Of a DNA stretch of 64,000 bases, positions 1 through 8,219 are shown in pieces. The stretch lies in the NCBI GenBank assembly GCA_964606485.1, contig CAZSGP010000003.1, positions 270,479 through 334,478 of the forward strand, given 5' to 3'. The translations under genes and the position numbers were made by a program. The notes beneath the pieces are model-generated. The model was not told where the DNA came from, made no database searches, and saw only the letters and a list, made by a program, of their open reading frames with translations. Within the stretch, counting starts at the first letter, position 1, and every line of letters begins with the position of its first letter. The stretch is from an uncultured Planctomycetia bacterium. GTDB lineage: Bacteria; Omnitrophota; Gorgyraeia; 2-02-FULL-51-18.

Positions 1-539
1 CCTCGCACAAAGCCTGAGCGCGCATCAAAAAAAACTTTAGGCCTAGCTTCCTTACCGCTCAAAGCAATGCGCTCGCAAAGAATTCCCTCTTTCGCCGAAA
101 ATGTTTCTAAAAATCGATTGAGCAGCGAATTTCCGGAAAACTCAGGAAACGGCCTCGCAGCTCCCTCAAAAAGAAGAATGCGGGACGGCTTATAGCGTTC
201 AATAACCATTTGGGCTAGAAGAAGATTTTTTAGCATCTGCACCAGAGCGTATCCAAAATCCAAAAAAATGACTTCGGCTAAATTTAAAACCGCCTTGTCG
301 CTCTGTCTCCAGAAATCAATCCATTCAGCGGCTTTTTGACGCCCCCACGCATTCGCCTCAACCCATCGATCCTGTATCTGAAAATCATCCAACCGAATAA
401 AACCGGGGCAGATCAGATTCAGTTTCTCAAAATAAGAGGGGTTATCACAAAAAACGGTAATTTCTGACCAATTGCCGCCGAGTCGCGCACTCAAGGCCTC
501 ATATTGCCGTTCGTTGGAAATGACAACAGCTGTATTCAT
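1..539 (-). CDS. Hypothetical protein, N-terminal part only (gene continues past the window start)
   Basis: Minus-strand ATG at 539..537 (MNTAVVISNERQYEALSARLGG...) sits 2 nt after the stop of the SDR gene. The frame is open to position 1. I recognise no family motif. Confidence 0.4.
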   Translation of the reverse strand, partial: MNTAVVISNERQYEALSARLGGNWSEITVFCDNPSYFEKLNLICPGFIRLDDFQIQDRWVEANAWGRQKAAEWIDFWRQSDKAVLNLAEVIFLDFGYALVQMLKNLLLAQMVIERYKPSRILLFEGAARPFPEFSGNSLLNRFLETFSAKEGILCERIALSGKEARPKVFFDARSGFVR

Positions 540-541
540 TA

Positions 542-1279
542 TTAGAGCGTCCACCCATCATCAACAATAAGATTTTGGCCATTCATATACCGCGATAAAT
601 CCGACAAAAGATAAACGAGCGTGCCGTTAATATCGGTGCGGTCAAGCATGCCCTTAGTTTTACCGAACACATTGTATTTTTTTAAAAATGCTTTGGGCTG
701 AGCATCCAAAATACCCCCGGGGCTGATGCAGTTAGCCCGCACATTCCATCCCTTAAAGTAATTTGCCATATAACGCGTCAACTGAACCACTCCTGCCTTA
801 ATGGCCGCATACTCAACGGGCATGGTCATGGGTGTTCCGTCATAAATTGAAAAGCGAGGGGCCGCCGTCGCGTACATTGAACCCAAGTTGATGATGTTGC
901 CATGACCTTGTTTCTTGAAAAAAATCGCTAATCTCTGAGACACAAGAAAATATCCGCCCAGCTGCAGATTCACGTTTTCACAAAAATCTTCATAACGCAC
1001 CGCCTCAAACTTGGCGCCGTAACGCTTATTGCGCGGATAAGCACTGTTGACCACGGCATCAATGCGGCCAAATTTCTTTTTCACCGTTTCAATCATTTGA
1101 TCGACGGATTCCGTAGAGTTCACATCAACCTGAACCGGAAATACATTCGATGACCCATCGAGTCTTTTGATATCGGCCGCGGCAACTTTACCACCCTCCG
1201 CAACCACCGCCTTGACAAATTCACGACCGAGCAGTCCCCCGGCACCCGTAACAATGACGATTTTATTTTTTAAAATCAT
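542..1279 (-). CDS. Short-chain dehydrogenase/reductase (SDR) family oxidoreductase
   Basis: N-terminal TGAGGLLG Rossmann glycine motif and a ~245-aa length typical of classical SDRs. It is the last gene of the legionaminic acid operon. Confidence 0.75.
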   Translation of the reverse strand: MILKNKIVIVTGAGGLLGREFVKAVVAEGGKVAAADIKRLDGSSNVFPVQVDVNSTESVDQMIETVKKKFGRIDAVVNSAYPRNKRYGAKFEAVRYEDFCENVNLQLGGYFLVSQRLAIFFKKQGHGNIINLGSMYATAAPRFSIYDGTPMTMPVEYAAIKAGVVQLTRYMANYFKGWNVRANCISPGGILDAQPKAFLKKYNVFGKTKGMLDRTDINGTLVYLLSDLSRYMNGQNLIVDDGWTL

Positions 1280-1283
1280 TTTC

Positions 1284-2282
1284 TTAAGCCTTTCTCAATA
1301 CGACTTGCATTTTGTAGCCCCAGAGATTCTGGTGCAGTGTTTCAGCCGGAATCGCCCCCAAGAATTTTTCACCGCCATAAGGCGACTGCCCGAAATACGG
1401 ATCCTGATAACTCAGATAATTATTCATCACCGCGATTTCCGAAATCACGGTCGTCAAATGCACAACGCTATAGCCGCACTTTTCGGCAATTCTGCGAATG
1501 GTGTCGGGATTGTATAAATTCACGTGTTCCACTCCGTCAAACATGCGGCATTTGGCCTGCATGAGGCGCGGCGCCAAACCTCCGGCGTTGGGGATCTGAA
1601 GAAACAATACACCCCCGTCTTTAATGAGGCTGCGCATAAAATTCAGCTGCCCCTGTCCGTCGGGGATATGCTCAAACACATCCCACATTGTGATTGCATC
1701 GAATTTTGTGTTTAGTTTCAAATCGCGGACGTCTTGCGTGTACAAGACATGACCTTTTTTTCGGCAAAGCTCGGCTTCTGCGAGACCCAGCTCAATCCCA
1801 TTCGTGCTCCAGCCTTTCTCGCGCGCAACATCAAGAAAAAAACCGCTAGAACAACCAATATCGAGAATCGTTCCCGGCTTTTGATGCGTCGCAATGGCCG
1901 AGAGGCCCATCGAATAAATTTCGCGGTGAAACGCGCTTTCATTGGCTGTAATCGCTGCTTGCCCTGTATTTAGATCTCGGTAATACATCTTTAAATGCTC
2001 ATCCTTGAAAACCGGGTCCAGATACACCATCGTGCAGGCCTCGCAACTCACATAAGTCCCGCCTGAACTGTCAAAAGCCTTCAAAGGTTGATCGGCTCCG
2101 CAAACCGGACAAACGCGGTGCTCGGTGTAACGCGTATCAAACCGACCCGTTTTAGGGTCGATAAATTTCTGGTGATACGCGTTTACAAGTTCATAACTGA
2201 AAGCCCGGCCCTCGTGAAGCGCTTTGGCGTTTTTGGATTCGGTCTTGATCATTTTTAACTCACCCGATGTTTCAGGTGCCAA
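1284..2282 (-). CDS. Class I SAM-dependent methyltransferase with an N-terminal Zn-ribbon
   Basis: CPVCG...CEAC zinc-ribbon followed by the ILDIGCSSGFF glycine-rich SAM motif (Methyltransf_11/23-like). Start may be the internal Met at 2252 (MIKTESKN), which would remove the 28-nt overlap with the upstream gene. Confidence 0.7.
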   Translation of the reverse strand: MAPETSGELKMIKTESKNAKALHEGRAFSYELVNAYHQKFIDPKTGRFDTRYTEHRVCPVCGADQPLKAFDSSGGTYVSCEACTMVYLDPVFKDEHLKMYYRDLNTGQAAITANESAFHREIYSMGLSAIATHQKPGTILDIGCSSGFFLDVAREKGWSTNGIELGLAEAELCRKKGHVLYTQDVRDLKLNTKFDAITMWDVFEHIPDGQGQLNFMRSLIKDGGVLFLQIPNAGGLAPRLMQAKCRMFDGVEHVNLYNPDTIRRIAEKCGYSVVHLTTVISEIAVMNNYLSYQDPYFGQSPYGGEKFLGAIPAETLHQNLWGYKMQVVLRKA

Positions 2283-3451
2283 TCGCTACCGCGTTTTTCC
2301 CATAAGTGAGGGCGGCTTAAGCGGTAATAATCGATAATTTCCCAAAACTCTGCCTCCGTAATGTCGAGGTATTTTAAGAAAACCTGGAAATGCTTTTCCG
2401 GAAACTCGCCGTCGTAACGGTGCACGAGTGCAATCCCCTCTTCACGCGTTAAATGGCTGTCGCGTATTTCATGTGCAGCATCCGAAGTCGCGCGGCAAAT
2501 GCCAAATTTGATGTAGGCCAGCCAATAATGAAATCCGTCGGTTTGGTCATCAATGCTTGCGTATTTGGAATAGGTGCCTTCAGAGCGGCCGGGGTTGGCT
2601 TTGAAACCGCAGTGCTGGGTCGCATAGTAAAAATTTTCCTGCGGCACCCATTTTTTGAAATACGAAAACCAGTGCATTTGAGCGTTGAGTGCTTTAATTT
2701 TTTCAATGGCCGGAGGCCGGTAATGTTCAAAATTTGTGCGCTCCAATTCTTGCTTAGTGAAGCGTCCGTGCTTCTTTCCCTCTTCAACCAAATTATCGAC
2801 ACCGCCTCCGTGAAAATAAATCTCATTCCAATTTTCGGTGCCTTCCGCAGACACATCTTTATTTTCCGTTGAACCTCCGTACTCCACTTCACCGCTTTCG
2901 CCGTAAAAAATCAGCGGAATGCCGTATTTCACAGCCATGTGAAATGCGAGCGCTTTCTGGCCATAGCCGAAGGGCAGAAAATGATCGCCGTATACTTCGA
3001 AAGCAATCCGTGCAAGCTTACGGTGAATTTGCCCGTTTGGAAACACCAACACATTGTCAAAACCTGAATCTTTCCAAGCTACATAATTGTCCCAGCCGAT
3101 TTGCGTGTATACGTAAGGCGCCCAGGTCACTGTGAGCGGATTCATGTTGTACTGGTATTTGAGCATATGGGATACGTAAGCACTGTCCTTGCCGCCCGAT
3201 CCGGGAACCACGCAATCGTAACTACCGTCTTTGGAACGGTATTTATCAAGCAAGGCGTGCAACTGCTCCTCGCGCTTCTTCCAATCAATAACGTGGTGCT
3301 TTTCATGCGCATATTCACACGCACTGCAAACGCCATCCTTGTTAAACGTGATCCGCGGTCGCTGATTGGAAACCACGCATTTTTTACAGTAAAAAACATC
3401 TTTAGGGCTTTTGGCTAGCTGGGTATCGCGTATATTTTTAATAATGGCCAC
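2255..3451 (-). CDS. N-acetyl sugar amidotransferase (WbpG/PseA-type PP-loop ATPase)
   Basis: N-terminal CKKC...CSAC zinc-ribbon and a PP-loop SGGKDS motif, immediately followed by HisH- and HisF-like genes. The likely start is a GTG at 3451 (VAIIKNIRD...), overlapping the HisH-like stop by about 10 nt; the longest ORF runs to 3553. Confidence 0.75.
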   Translation of the reverse strand: MAIIKNIRDTQLAKSPKDVFYCKKCVVSNQRPRITFNKDGVCSACEYAHEKHHVIDWKKREEQLHALLDKYRSKDGSYDCVVPGSGGKDSAYVSHMLKYQYNMNPLTVTWAPYVYTQIGWDNYVAWKDSGFDNVLVFPNGQIHRKLARIAFEVYGDHFLPFGYGQKALAFHMAVKYGIPLIFYGESGEVEYGGSTENKDVSAEGTENWNEIYFHGGGVDNLVEEGKKHGRFTKQELERTNFEHYRPPAIEKIKALNAQMHWFSYFKKWVPQENFYYATQHCGFKANPGRSEGTYSKYASIDDQTDGFHYWLAYIKFGICRATSDAAHEIRDSHLTREEGIALVHRYDGEFPEKHFQVFLKYLDITEAEFWEIIDYYRLSRPHLWEKRGSDWHLKHRVS

Positions 3452-4118
3452 TGGTTTTCTCTTTCTGGGTTTGACACAGTCTGGCAAAGTTGCGGTAAAT
3501 CCGCAGACCTGCCTCGCCGCTTCTTTCAGGGTGAAATTGAAATGCAAAAACATTTTTAAATCTCAACGCCGAACAAAAATTCGTCTGACCGTACTGGGAC
3601 TCGGCAAGCACCACCGCCCTGTCCGCAGGTCTTACATAATAGGAGTGGACAAAATACATAAAATCACCCGGCTCAACTTCATCCATAATCGCACCGCCCC
3701 AGCGGCCGGCCGGAGGATTTATGCGGTTCCAGCCGACATGAGGCACTTTCAGAACTTCGCCCGATTCCTTCGGTTTTTCAAAACGAACCACGTCTCCCGG
3801 GACAATATCAAGACCACGATGCTCTCCAAATTCAAAACTTTTAGACATTAAAAGCTGCATACCTAGACAAATACCCATCACCGGCTTTTCGGCATGAACC
3901 GCCTCCTTCAAAATCGCCTCAAGCCCTAAATCTTGAATCGCCTTCATCGCATCGCCAAAAGCTCCAACGCCCGGCAAAATAATCGCCGGAGCATTTTTGA
4001 TTTGAGCCGGATCGGATAAGATCTTGCCGTTTAAACCCACGTGCTGACAAGCCCGCAGGATACTATAAAGATTTCCAAGACCAAAATCGATGATGGCGAC
4101 CGTGGGAGCGCTAGACAT
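3438..4118 (-). CDS. Imidazole glycerol phosphate synthase HisH-like glutamine amidotransferase subunit (sugar-amidotransferase partner)
   Basis: Class I GATase signatures GICLGMQLL (catalytic Cys) and HPERS. The likely start is the internal Met MSSAPTVAIIDFG at 4118, just after the HisF-like stop; the ORF extends to 4157. Confidence 0.75.
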   Translation of the reverse strand: MSSAPTVAIIDFGLGNLYSILRACQHVGLNGKILSDPAQIKNAPAIILPGVGAFGDAMKAIQDLGLEAILKEAVHAEKPVMGICLGMQLLMSKSFEFGEHRGLDIVPGDVVRFEKPKESGEVLKVPHVGWNRINPPAGRWGGAIMDEVEPGDFMYFVHSYYVRPADRAVVLAESQYGQTNFCSALRFKNVFAFQFHPERSGEAGLRIYRNFARLCQTQKEKTSGHY

Positions 4119-4983
4119 GGGCGGCCTCGCTTTGCGCCGGGCGGCAATCAAGACCATGGTTGATCAGATATTGTTTCACCTGAGCCACCGTAGCGCCAAA
4201 AGTGCGGTTGGATATTTTTTTATCATTCAAAAAATGAAGGTTGCCCTCAGACGAAAAATCGCCTTCAATAGCGTTGTTGTTCACCATGTGATAATGAAAG
4301 AGTGACGCAATACAAGCCGCATCTGCCTTAGCCTTCTCAAACACGTCCGCAATATGCGATAGTTGGCCGGCTCCGCCGCAGGCCACCACAGGAATCGACA
4401 CGGATTCCGAAATGCGGCGCGTAAGCTCCAAATCGTATCCGGTGCCTGTGCCCTCTCGGTCGATCGATGTGATAATAATTTCACCGGCGCCTAATTTAGC
4501 TGCGCGAATCGCCCATTCATAAACATCGAAACCAGTATGTTCACGGCCGTTGTCAGTATAGGCTTCGTAGCTGCCGTCAGGTTTTTTCAGCGCCTCAATC
4601 GAAACAACTATTGTCGAAGAGCCGAATTTGTTTGCCGCTTCAGAAATAAGCTCAGGCCGCTTTACCGCCGCCGTATTCAGCGTTACTTTGTCAGCGCCGG
4701 CGCAGAGAATCTTTCGAATGTCGTCAAGACTGCGAATCCCGCCGCCCACGATGAGCGGAATAAAAATTTCTTTCGATGTTTTTTCGATAATATCCAACAA
4801 CCCATTTCGACCATACAAACTGGCGACCACGTCCATATAAAGAAGCTCATCGACGCCGGCCGCATAATAATGCCGCGCAAATTGCTCGGGCTTTCCCATC
4901 ACACGCAAACCTTCTAAGTGTACGCCTTTAACCAGATTCGGCCCTTTAATATCAAGTCTCGCGATAACGCGCGGGTGTGACAT
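4111..4983 (-). CDS. Imidazole glycerol phosphate synthase HisF-like cyclase subunit (WbuZ-type)
   Basis: (beta/alpha)8 HisF-like sequence (RVIARLDIKGPNLVKG..., GAGEIIITSIDREGTGTGYD). It pairs with the HisH-like gene and the PP-loop amidotransferase, as in O-antigen acetamidino-sugar loci. Confidence 0.75.
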   Translation of the reverse strand: MSHPRVIARLDIKGPNLVKGVHLEGLRVMGKPEQFARHYYAAGVDELLYMDVVASLYGRNGLLDIIEKTSKEIFIPLIVGGGIRSLDDIRKILCAGADKVTLNTAAVKRPELISEAANKFGSSTIVVSIEALKKPDGSYEAYTDNGREHTGFDVYEWAIRAAKLGAGEIIITSIDREGTGTGYDLELTRRISESVSIPVVACGGAGQLSHIADVFEKAKADAACIASLFHYHMVNNNAIEGDFSSEGNLHFLNDKKISNRTFGATVAQVKQYLINHGLDCRPAQSEAAHV

Positions 4984-5690
4984 TAGCTTTTTAATCCTTC
5001 CGCAAAAAGTTCGGCGACTTTAAAATCATAGGGCGTATCAATCTCAATTGAGCGCTCTCTGGGCATTTCATAAAGCCGCGTTCCAAGATTAAACACTTTC
5101 CCTTGTTTTAGTGAGCGCCGGGTCCACAAATAAATCGAAGCGTTTAAATCGTAGCAAATTGGCGAATCCTGGCGGCGCACCACTTTAAAGCGCGGCGCCT
5201 TCGAAAGCTTCACCGTCCCCACCGAGGTTTTCTCTGCCAAGTTGAAATAGGGCGATTTCCGGGCCAAAGCTCCGGTGATCACATTGGGAGCCTTGGTTTT
5301 TTTTAAAAGATCGATGCAGCCGCGGATATCCCCAATCGTTCTAAACGGTGACGTTGGATCTAGATCGCAGATGAGGTCAAATGTCATACCCGTCACCCTT
5401 TCGACTTCGGCCACACAATGCTGTATAGCAGGTACTTTCGGAGCGTTGTCAGTGGCAAGGTGTGCAGGTCGTTTAATCAGATAATCAGCCCCCCATCTTT
5501 TCGAAATCTTTAGAATATCTTGAGAGTCACTTGACACTGCAACCCTATCAAATAAACCTGATTTTTTAGCCAAAAGAATCGTATGAGCAATTAAGGGTTT
5601 GCCATTTAAAAGCTTGATATTCTTGCTCGGTACGCCCTTAGAGCCACCACGCGCGCAAATCGTACAAATAATTTTCAAAGTTTCACCCAT
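4983..5690 (-). CDS. CMP-nonulosonic acid synthetase (acylneuraminate cytidylyltransferase family; LegF/NeuA-like)
   Basis: CTP_transf_3-type N-terminus (ICTICARGGSKGVPSKNIKLLNGKPLIAHTI) and a ~235-aa length. It lies next to the NeuB/NeuC homologues. Confidence 0.8.
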   Translation of the reverse strand: MGETLKIICTICARGGSKGVPSKNIKLLNGKPLIAHTILLAKKSGLFDRVAVSSDSQDILKISKRWGADYLIKRPAHLATDNAPKVPAIQHCVAEVERVTGMTFDLICDLDPTSPFRTIGDIRGCIDLLKKTKAPNVITGALARKSPYFNLAEKTSVGTVKLSKAPRFKVVRRQDSPICYDLNASIYLWTRRSLKQGKVFNLGTRLYEMPRERSIEIDTPYDFKVAELFAEGLKS

Positions 5691-6586
5691 TTTTTTTGAC
5701 GCGCCGCTTTTTCCACAGCATCAACCACGCGAACAACCTCTAACGCATCCTTCACGGAACATAAATTGTCATTTTTTTTCAAAATAACTGCGCGATGCTG
5801 TTCGCGGTAGGTAAAATCTCTTTCTGCCGCATAACCTTCTTCTTTTCCATCAATACTCACCATCCCTTTGACCAGATCTGCTTTAAAAGTATGCCGGTCA
5901 GTGTTCACCAGAATCTCGCGACGTCCCGGACGATCCAAATAATTAATTTGTACGGTTACCAGTGGACAGCGGCTGGTTTCCATAAGCATACCAAAAGCAT
6001 CATCTGAATCAATCTTCAAAGCGCTAAAATGTCCGCCGATTGCTGCCACTCGCTTACAAGAGCCAAAAACCCAGCCAATTACGTCCAACTCGTGACTTAA
6101 GTCCCTTAATACTCCTCCGCCTTGATTTTTTTTGGCAGAATAGCATTTACGATAATCGCCCGGCCGCCAATTGGGTAAATAACCTCCCGCATACACCTGC
6201 GCCGAAATAATCTTTTCCTTTTTTAAAAGCGTTTTTAATCGCACAAGCGCCGGATGGAATCTCAGATTATAACCGACCGCCACGCTTTTAAAGTCGAACC
6301 TTCCCAGTTTTTGAGGTGTGTCGTAGAGAGGCTTTTCGACAAGGACTGCACCCTTAAAACCGCTTAAGTCCAGCACTCTTAGACTTTCCGCATGCGCCGA
6401 GGTCTCATTCGCTACTACAACGTATTCGGGCAACCAACCCTTAACAGCTTTGGCAATGGATGCGAACACCGGAAATGGCTCGGAAAGCTTGCGGCGCGAC
6501 ACCAAAGCAACATCACAACCCAGTTCTTTCAACACGCGCGCATGGCGCCGTCCGATCGAACCATAACCAATCACAAGGCTTTTCAA
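5675..6586 (-). CDS. Gfo/Idh/MocA-family NAD(P)-dependent oxidoreductase
   Basis: N-terminal Rossmann MKSLVIGYGSIGRRHARVL and a family-typical length. A similar oxidoreductase gene occurs in legionaminic acid loci. Confidence 0.65.
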   Translation of the reverse strand: MKSLVIGYGSIGRRHARVLKELGCDVALVSRRKLSEPFPVFASIAKAVKGWLPEYVVVANETSAHAESLRVLDLSGFKGAVLVEKPLYDTPQKLGRFDFKSVAVGYNLRFHPALVRLKTLLKKEKIISAQVYAGGYLPNWRPGDYRKCYSAKKNQGGGVLRDLSHELDVIGWVFGSCKRVAAIGGHFSALKIDSDDAFGMLMETSRCPLVTVQINYLDRPGRREILVNTDRHTFKADLVKGMVSIDGKEEGYAAERDFTYREQHRAVILKKNDNLCSVKDALEVVRVVDAVEKAARQKKWVKL

Positions 6587-7632
6587 CGGAATACCTCCGA
6601 AAACTCCCCGTTGGCGCGCTCTAAATCATCCATGCGGCCGATGTCGAGCCAATACTCACGAATCGGAAATGCTGCGGCCTTGTATTTTTTATAAATTAAT
6701 TTCTGGAAAAGCTGCGGCATGTCCATCGCTGCATTTTTAGGCAGATACTTCAAAGTATCGGGACCGAGCAAATAAATGCCGGCATTCACATAAAAACGAT
6801 GCGCTGGCTTTTCATCAATCCCAAGAATGTGATGCCCCGTCATTTTTACTACACCAAACGGCACCTGGAAATCGTATTCACGCACGCACATCGTCGCATC
6901 GGATTTATTTTGCGCATGAAAATGCAAAAGCTGGCTGAAATTAACCTTAGTCAAAAGATCCCCGTTCATCACAAAAAACGGTTTAGCCGGTTTGGAAGGC
7001 AAAAGACTTAGCGCTCCGGCCGTACCAAGCTTCTGGGTTTCCTCAAGATAGCGAATATGAACGCCCCATTTCGAACCGTCTCCAAAGTGGCGCTTCACCA
7101 TTTCATTCTTGTAGTTCACGGCAATATAAAAATTCTTAAATCCGTATTCAATAAAGTTTTCTAAAATGGTTTCGAGAATGGGTTTAGTGCCAACGTTCAG
7201 AAGCGGCTTGGGGCAATTGTCGGTGAGCGGCTTCAAACGCGAGCCCAAGCCCCCCGCCATCAACACCACCCAGTTCTCCCGTGATCCTGCGCTCAAAAGC
7301 TCGTCGAGATATTCTAGTCCCGCCACACGGTTTTTTTTGTCGACGAGCGGAACTTGATGGATCTGCTTTTTTTTCATCAGCGTCAATATCGTCTCACGAT
7401 CCTCTCCTAACGGAGCGGAGACACAGCGCTTTCGCATGATTCGCTCGACCGGCTCATCGAGACCGATGCCTCGCAGAATTCCGCGCCGCACGTCCCCATC
7501 CGTCACCGTGCCTAATAATTTTTTTTCAGCGTCAACCACAACACCGATTTGAAGTGAGTGGGTATCGATAATTTTAATCAGATCCCGAATAGGGGTCTTG
7601 GGCTTAACCAGCGCTTTTTCCCAGAGCTTCAC
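6583..7632 (-). CDS. CBS-domain sugar-1-phosphate nucleotidyltransferase (PtmE-like GlcN-1-P guanylyltransferase candidate)
   Basis: N-terminal CBS pair followed by the nucleotidyltransferase motif MAGGLGSRLKPLTDNCPKPLL. This architecture matches the Campylobacter legionaminic acid pathway enzyme PtmE. Confidence 0.75.
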   Translation of the reverse strand: MKLWEKALVKPKTPIRDLIKIIDTHSLQIGVVVDAEKKLLGTVTDGDVRRGILRGIGLDEPVERIMRKRCVSAPLGEDRETILTLMKKKQIHQVPLVDKKNRVAGLEYLDELLSAGSRENWVVLMAGGLGSRLKPLTDNCPKPLLNVGTKPILETILENFIEYGFKNFYIAVNYKNEMVKRHFGDGSKWGVHIRYLEETQKLGTAGALSLLPSKPAKPFFVMNGDLLTKVNFSQLLHFHAQNKSDATMCVREYDFQVPFGVVKMTGHHILGIDEKPAHRFYVNAGIYLLGPDTLKYLPKNAAMDMPQLFQKLIYKKYKAAAFPIREYWLDIGRMDDLERANGEFSEVFR

Positions 7633-8219
7633 TGAGGCATCCCCTTGCCCACTGTAGAGCCCGCCGAAACAAAACCTTTAATAATCTGCCCTTGAATTGA
7701 TTCAGCGCCTGTGCCAACATGCGTATTCGGCTCCACGCAAACACCGCCGCTCAAAGTAACTCTAGGTGCCAAATGGACGTGATCTCCAATTTTACAGTCA
7801 TGATCTACGGATGCGCATGTGTTGATGATTGTATTTTTTCCGATTACAGTTCCTGTTTGAATTACAACGCCGGCCATGATTTGCACCCCTTCTCCTAATT
7901 CGGTCCCCTGTGCCAGCACCGCGGACGGATGGATCACATTAGTGAAGGAGTACCCCATTTTTTTAAAGCGTTCATAAATTTCGCGACGCTTGGAAGTGTC
8001 TCTGATCGAACCGATACCGTTGACGAGTCCCACTTCTTTTTTCCATTTTTCATTCTGAAGCACTTCGTCTGCACCTAAATAAGGCACCGACCGCCCACCC
8101 ACGCTCATTTGGGTTTGAACCGGATCGACGAAACCCACAATTTTAATTTTATTTTTTAACAGCGTGTCCACTAGGACGCGCGCATGCCCGCCGCCGCCAA
8201 TCACAATAACAGACTTCAT
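7629..8219 (-). CDS. NeuD/PglD-family hexapeptide N-acetyltransferase (LegH-like)
   Basis: N-terminal Rossmann-like IVIGGGGHARV followed by left-handed beta-helix hexapeptide repeats in the C-terminal half, in a ~196-aa protein. Confidence 0.75.
   Translation of the reverse strand: MKSVIVIGGGGHARVLVDTLLKNKIKIVGFVDPVQTQMSVGGRSVPYLGADEVLQNEKWKKEVGLVNGIGSIRDTSKRREIYERFKKMGYSFTNVIHPSAVLAQGTELGEGVQIMAGVVIQTGTVIGKNTIINTCASVDHDCKIGDHVHLAPRVTLSGGVCVEPNTHVGTGAESIQGQIIKGFVSAGSTVGKGMPQ

Noticed and set aside
1167-4305. Numerous 60-150-aa ORFs on the opposite strand or in alternate frames of the large genes (for example 1167-1517 +, 2449-2892 -, 2453-2872 +, 3101-3418 +, 4090-4305 +), with similar ones throughout the track.
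   Set aside because: All lie entirely inside long ORFs that have clear family motifs. They lack RBS or start context and have low-complexity, biased composition typical of antisense shadow frames. There is no independent support.
2255-4983. Interpreting the HisH/HisF-like genes as histidine biosynthesis genes.
   Set aside because: No other his genes are adjacent. They are translationally coupled to a PP-loop sugar amidotransferase inside a nonulosonate operon. This matches the acetamidino-sugar amidotransferase trio known from O-antigen and flagellin-glycan loci.
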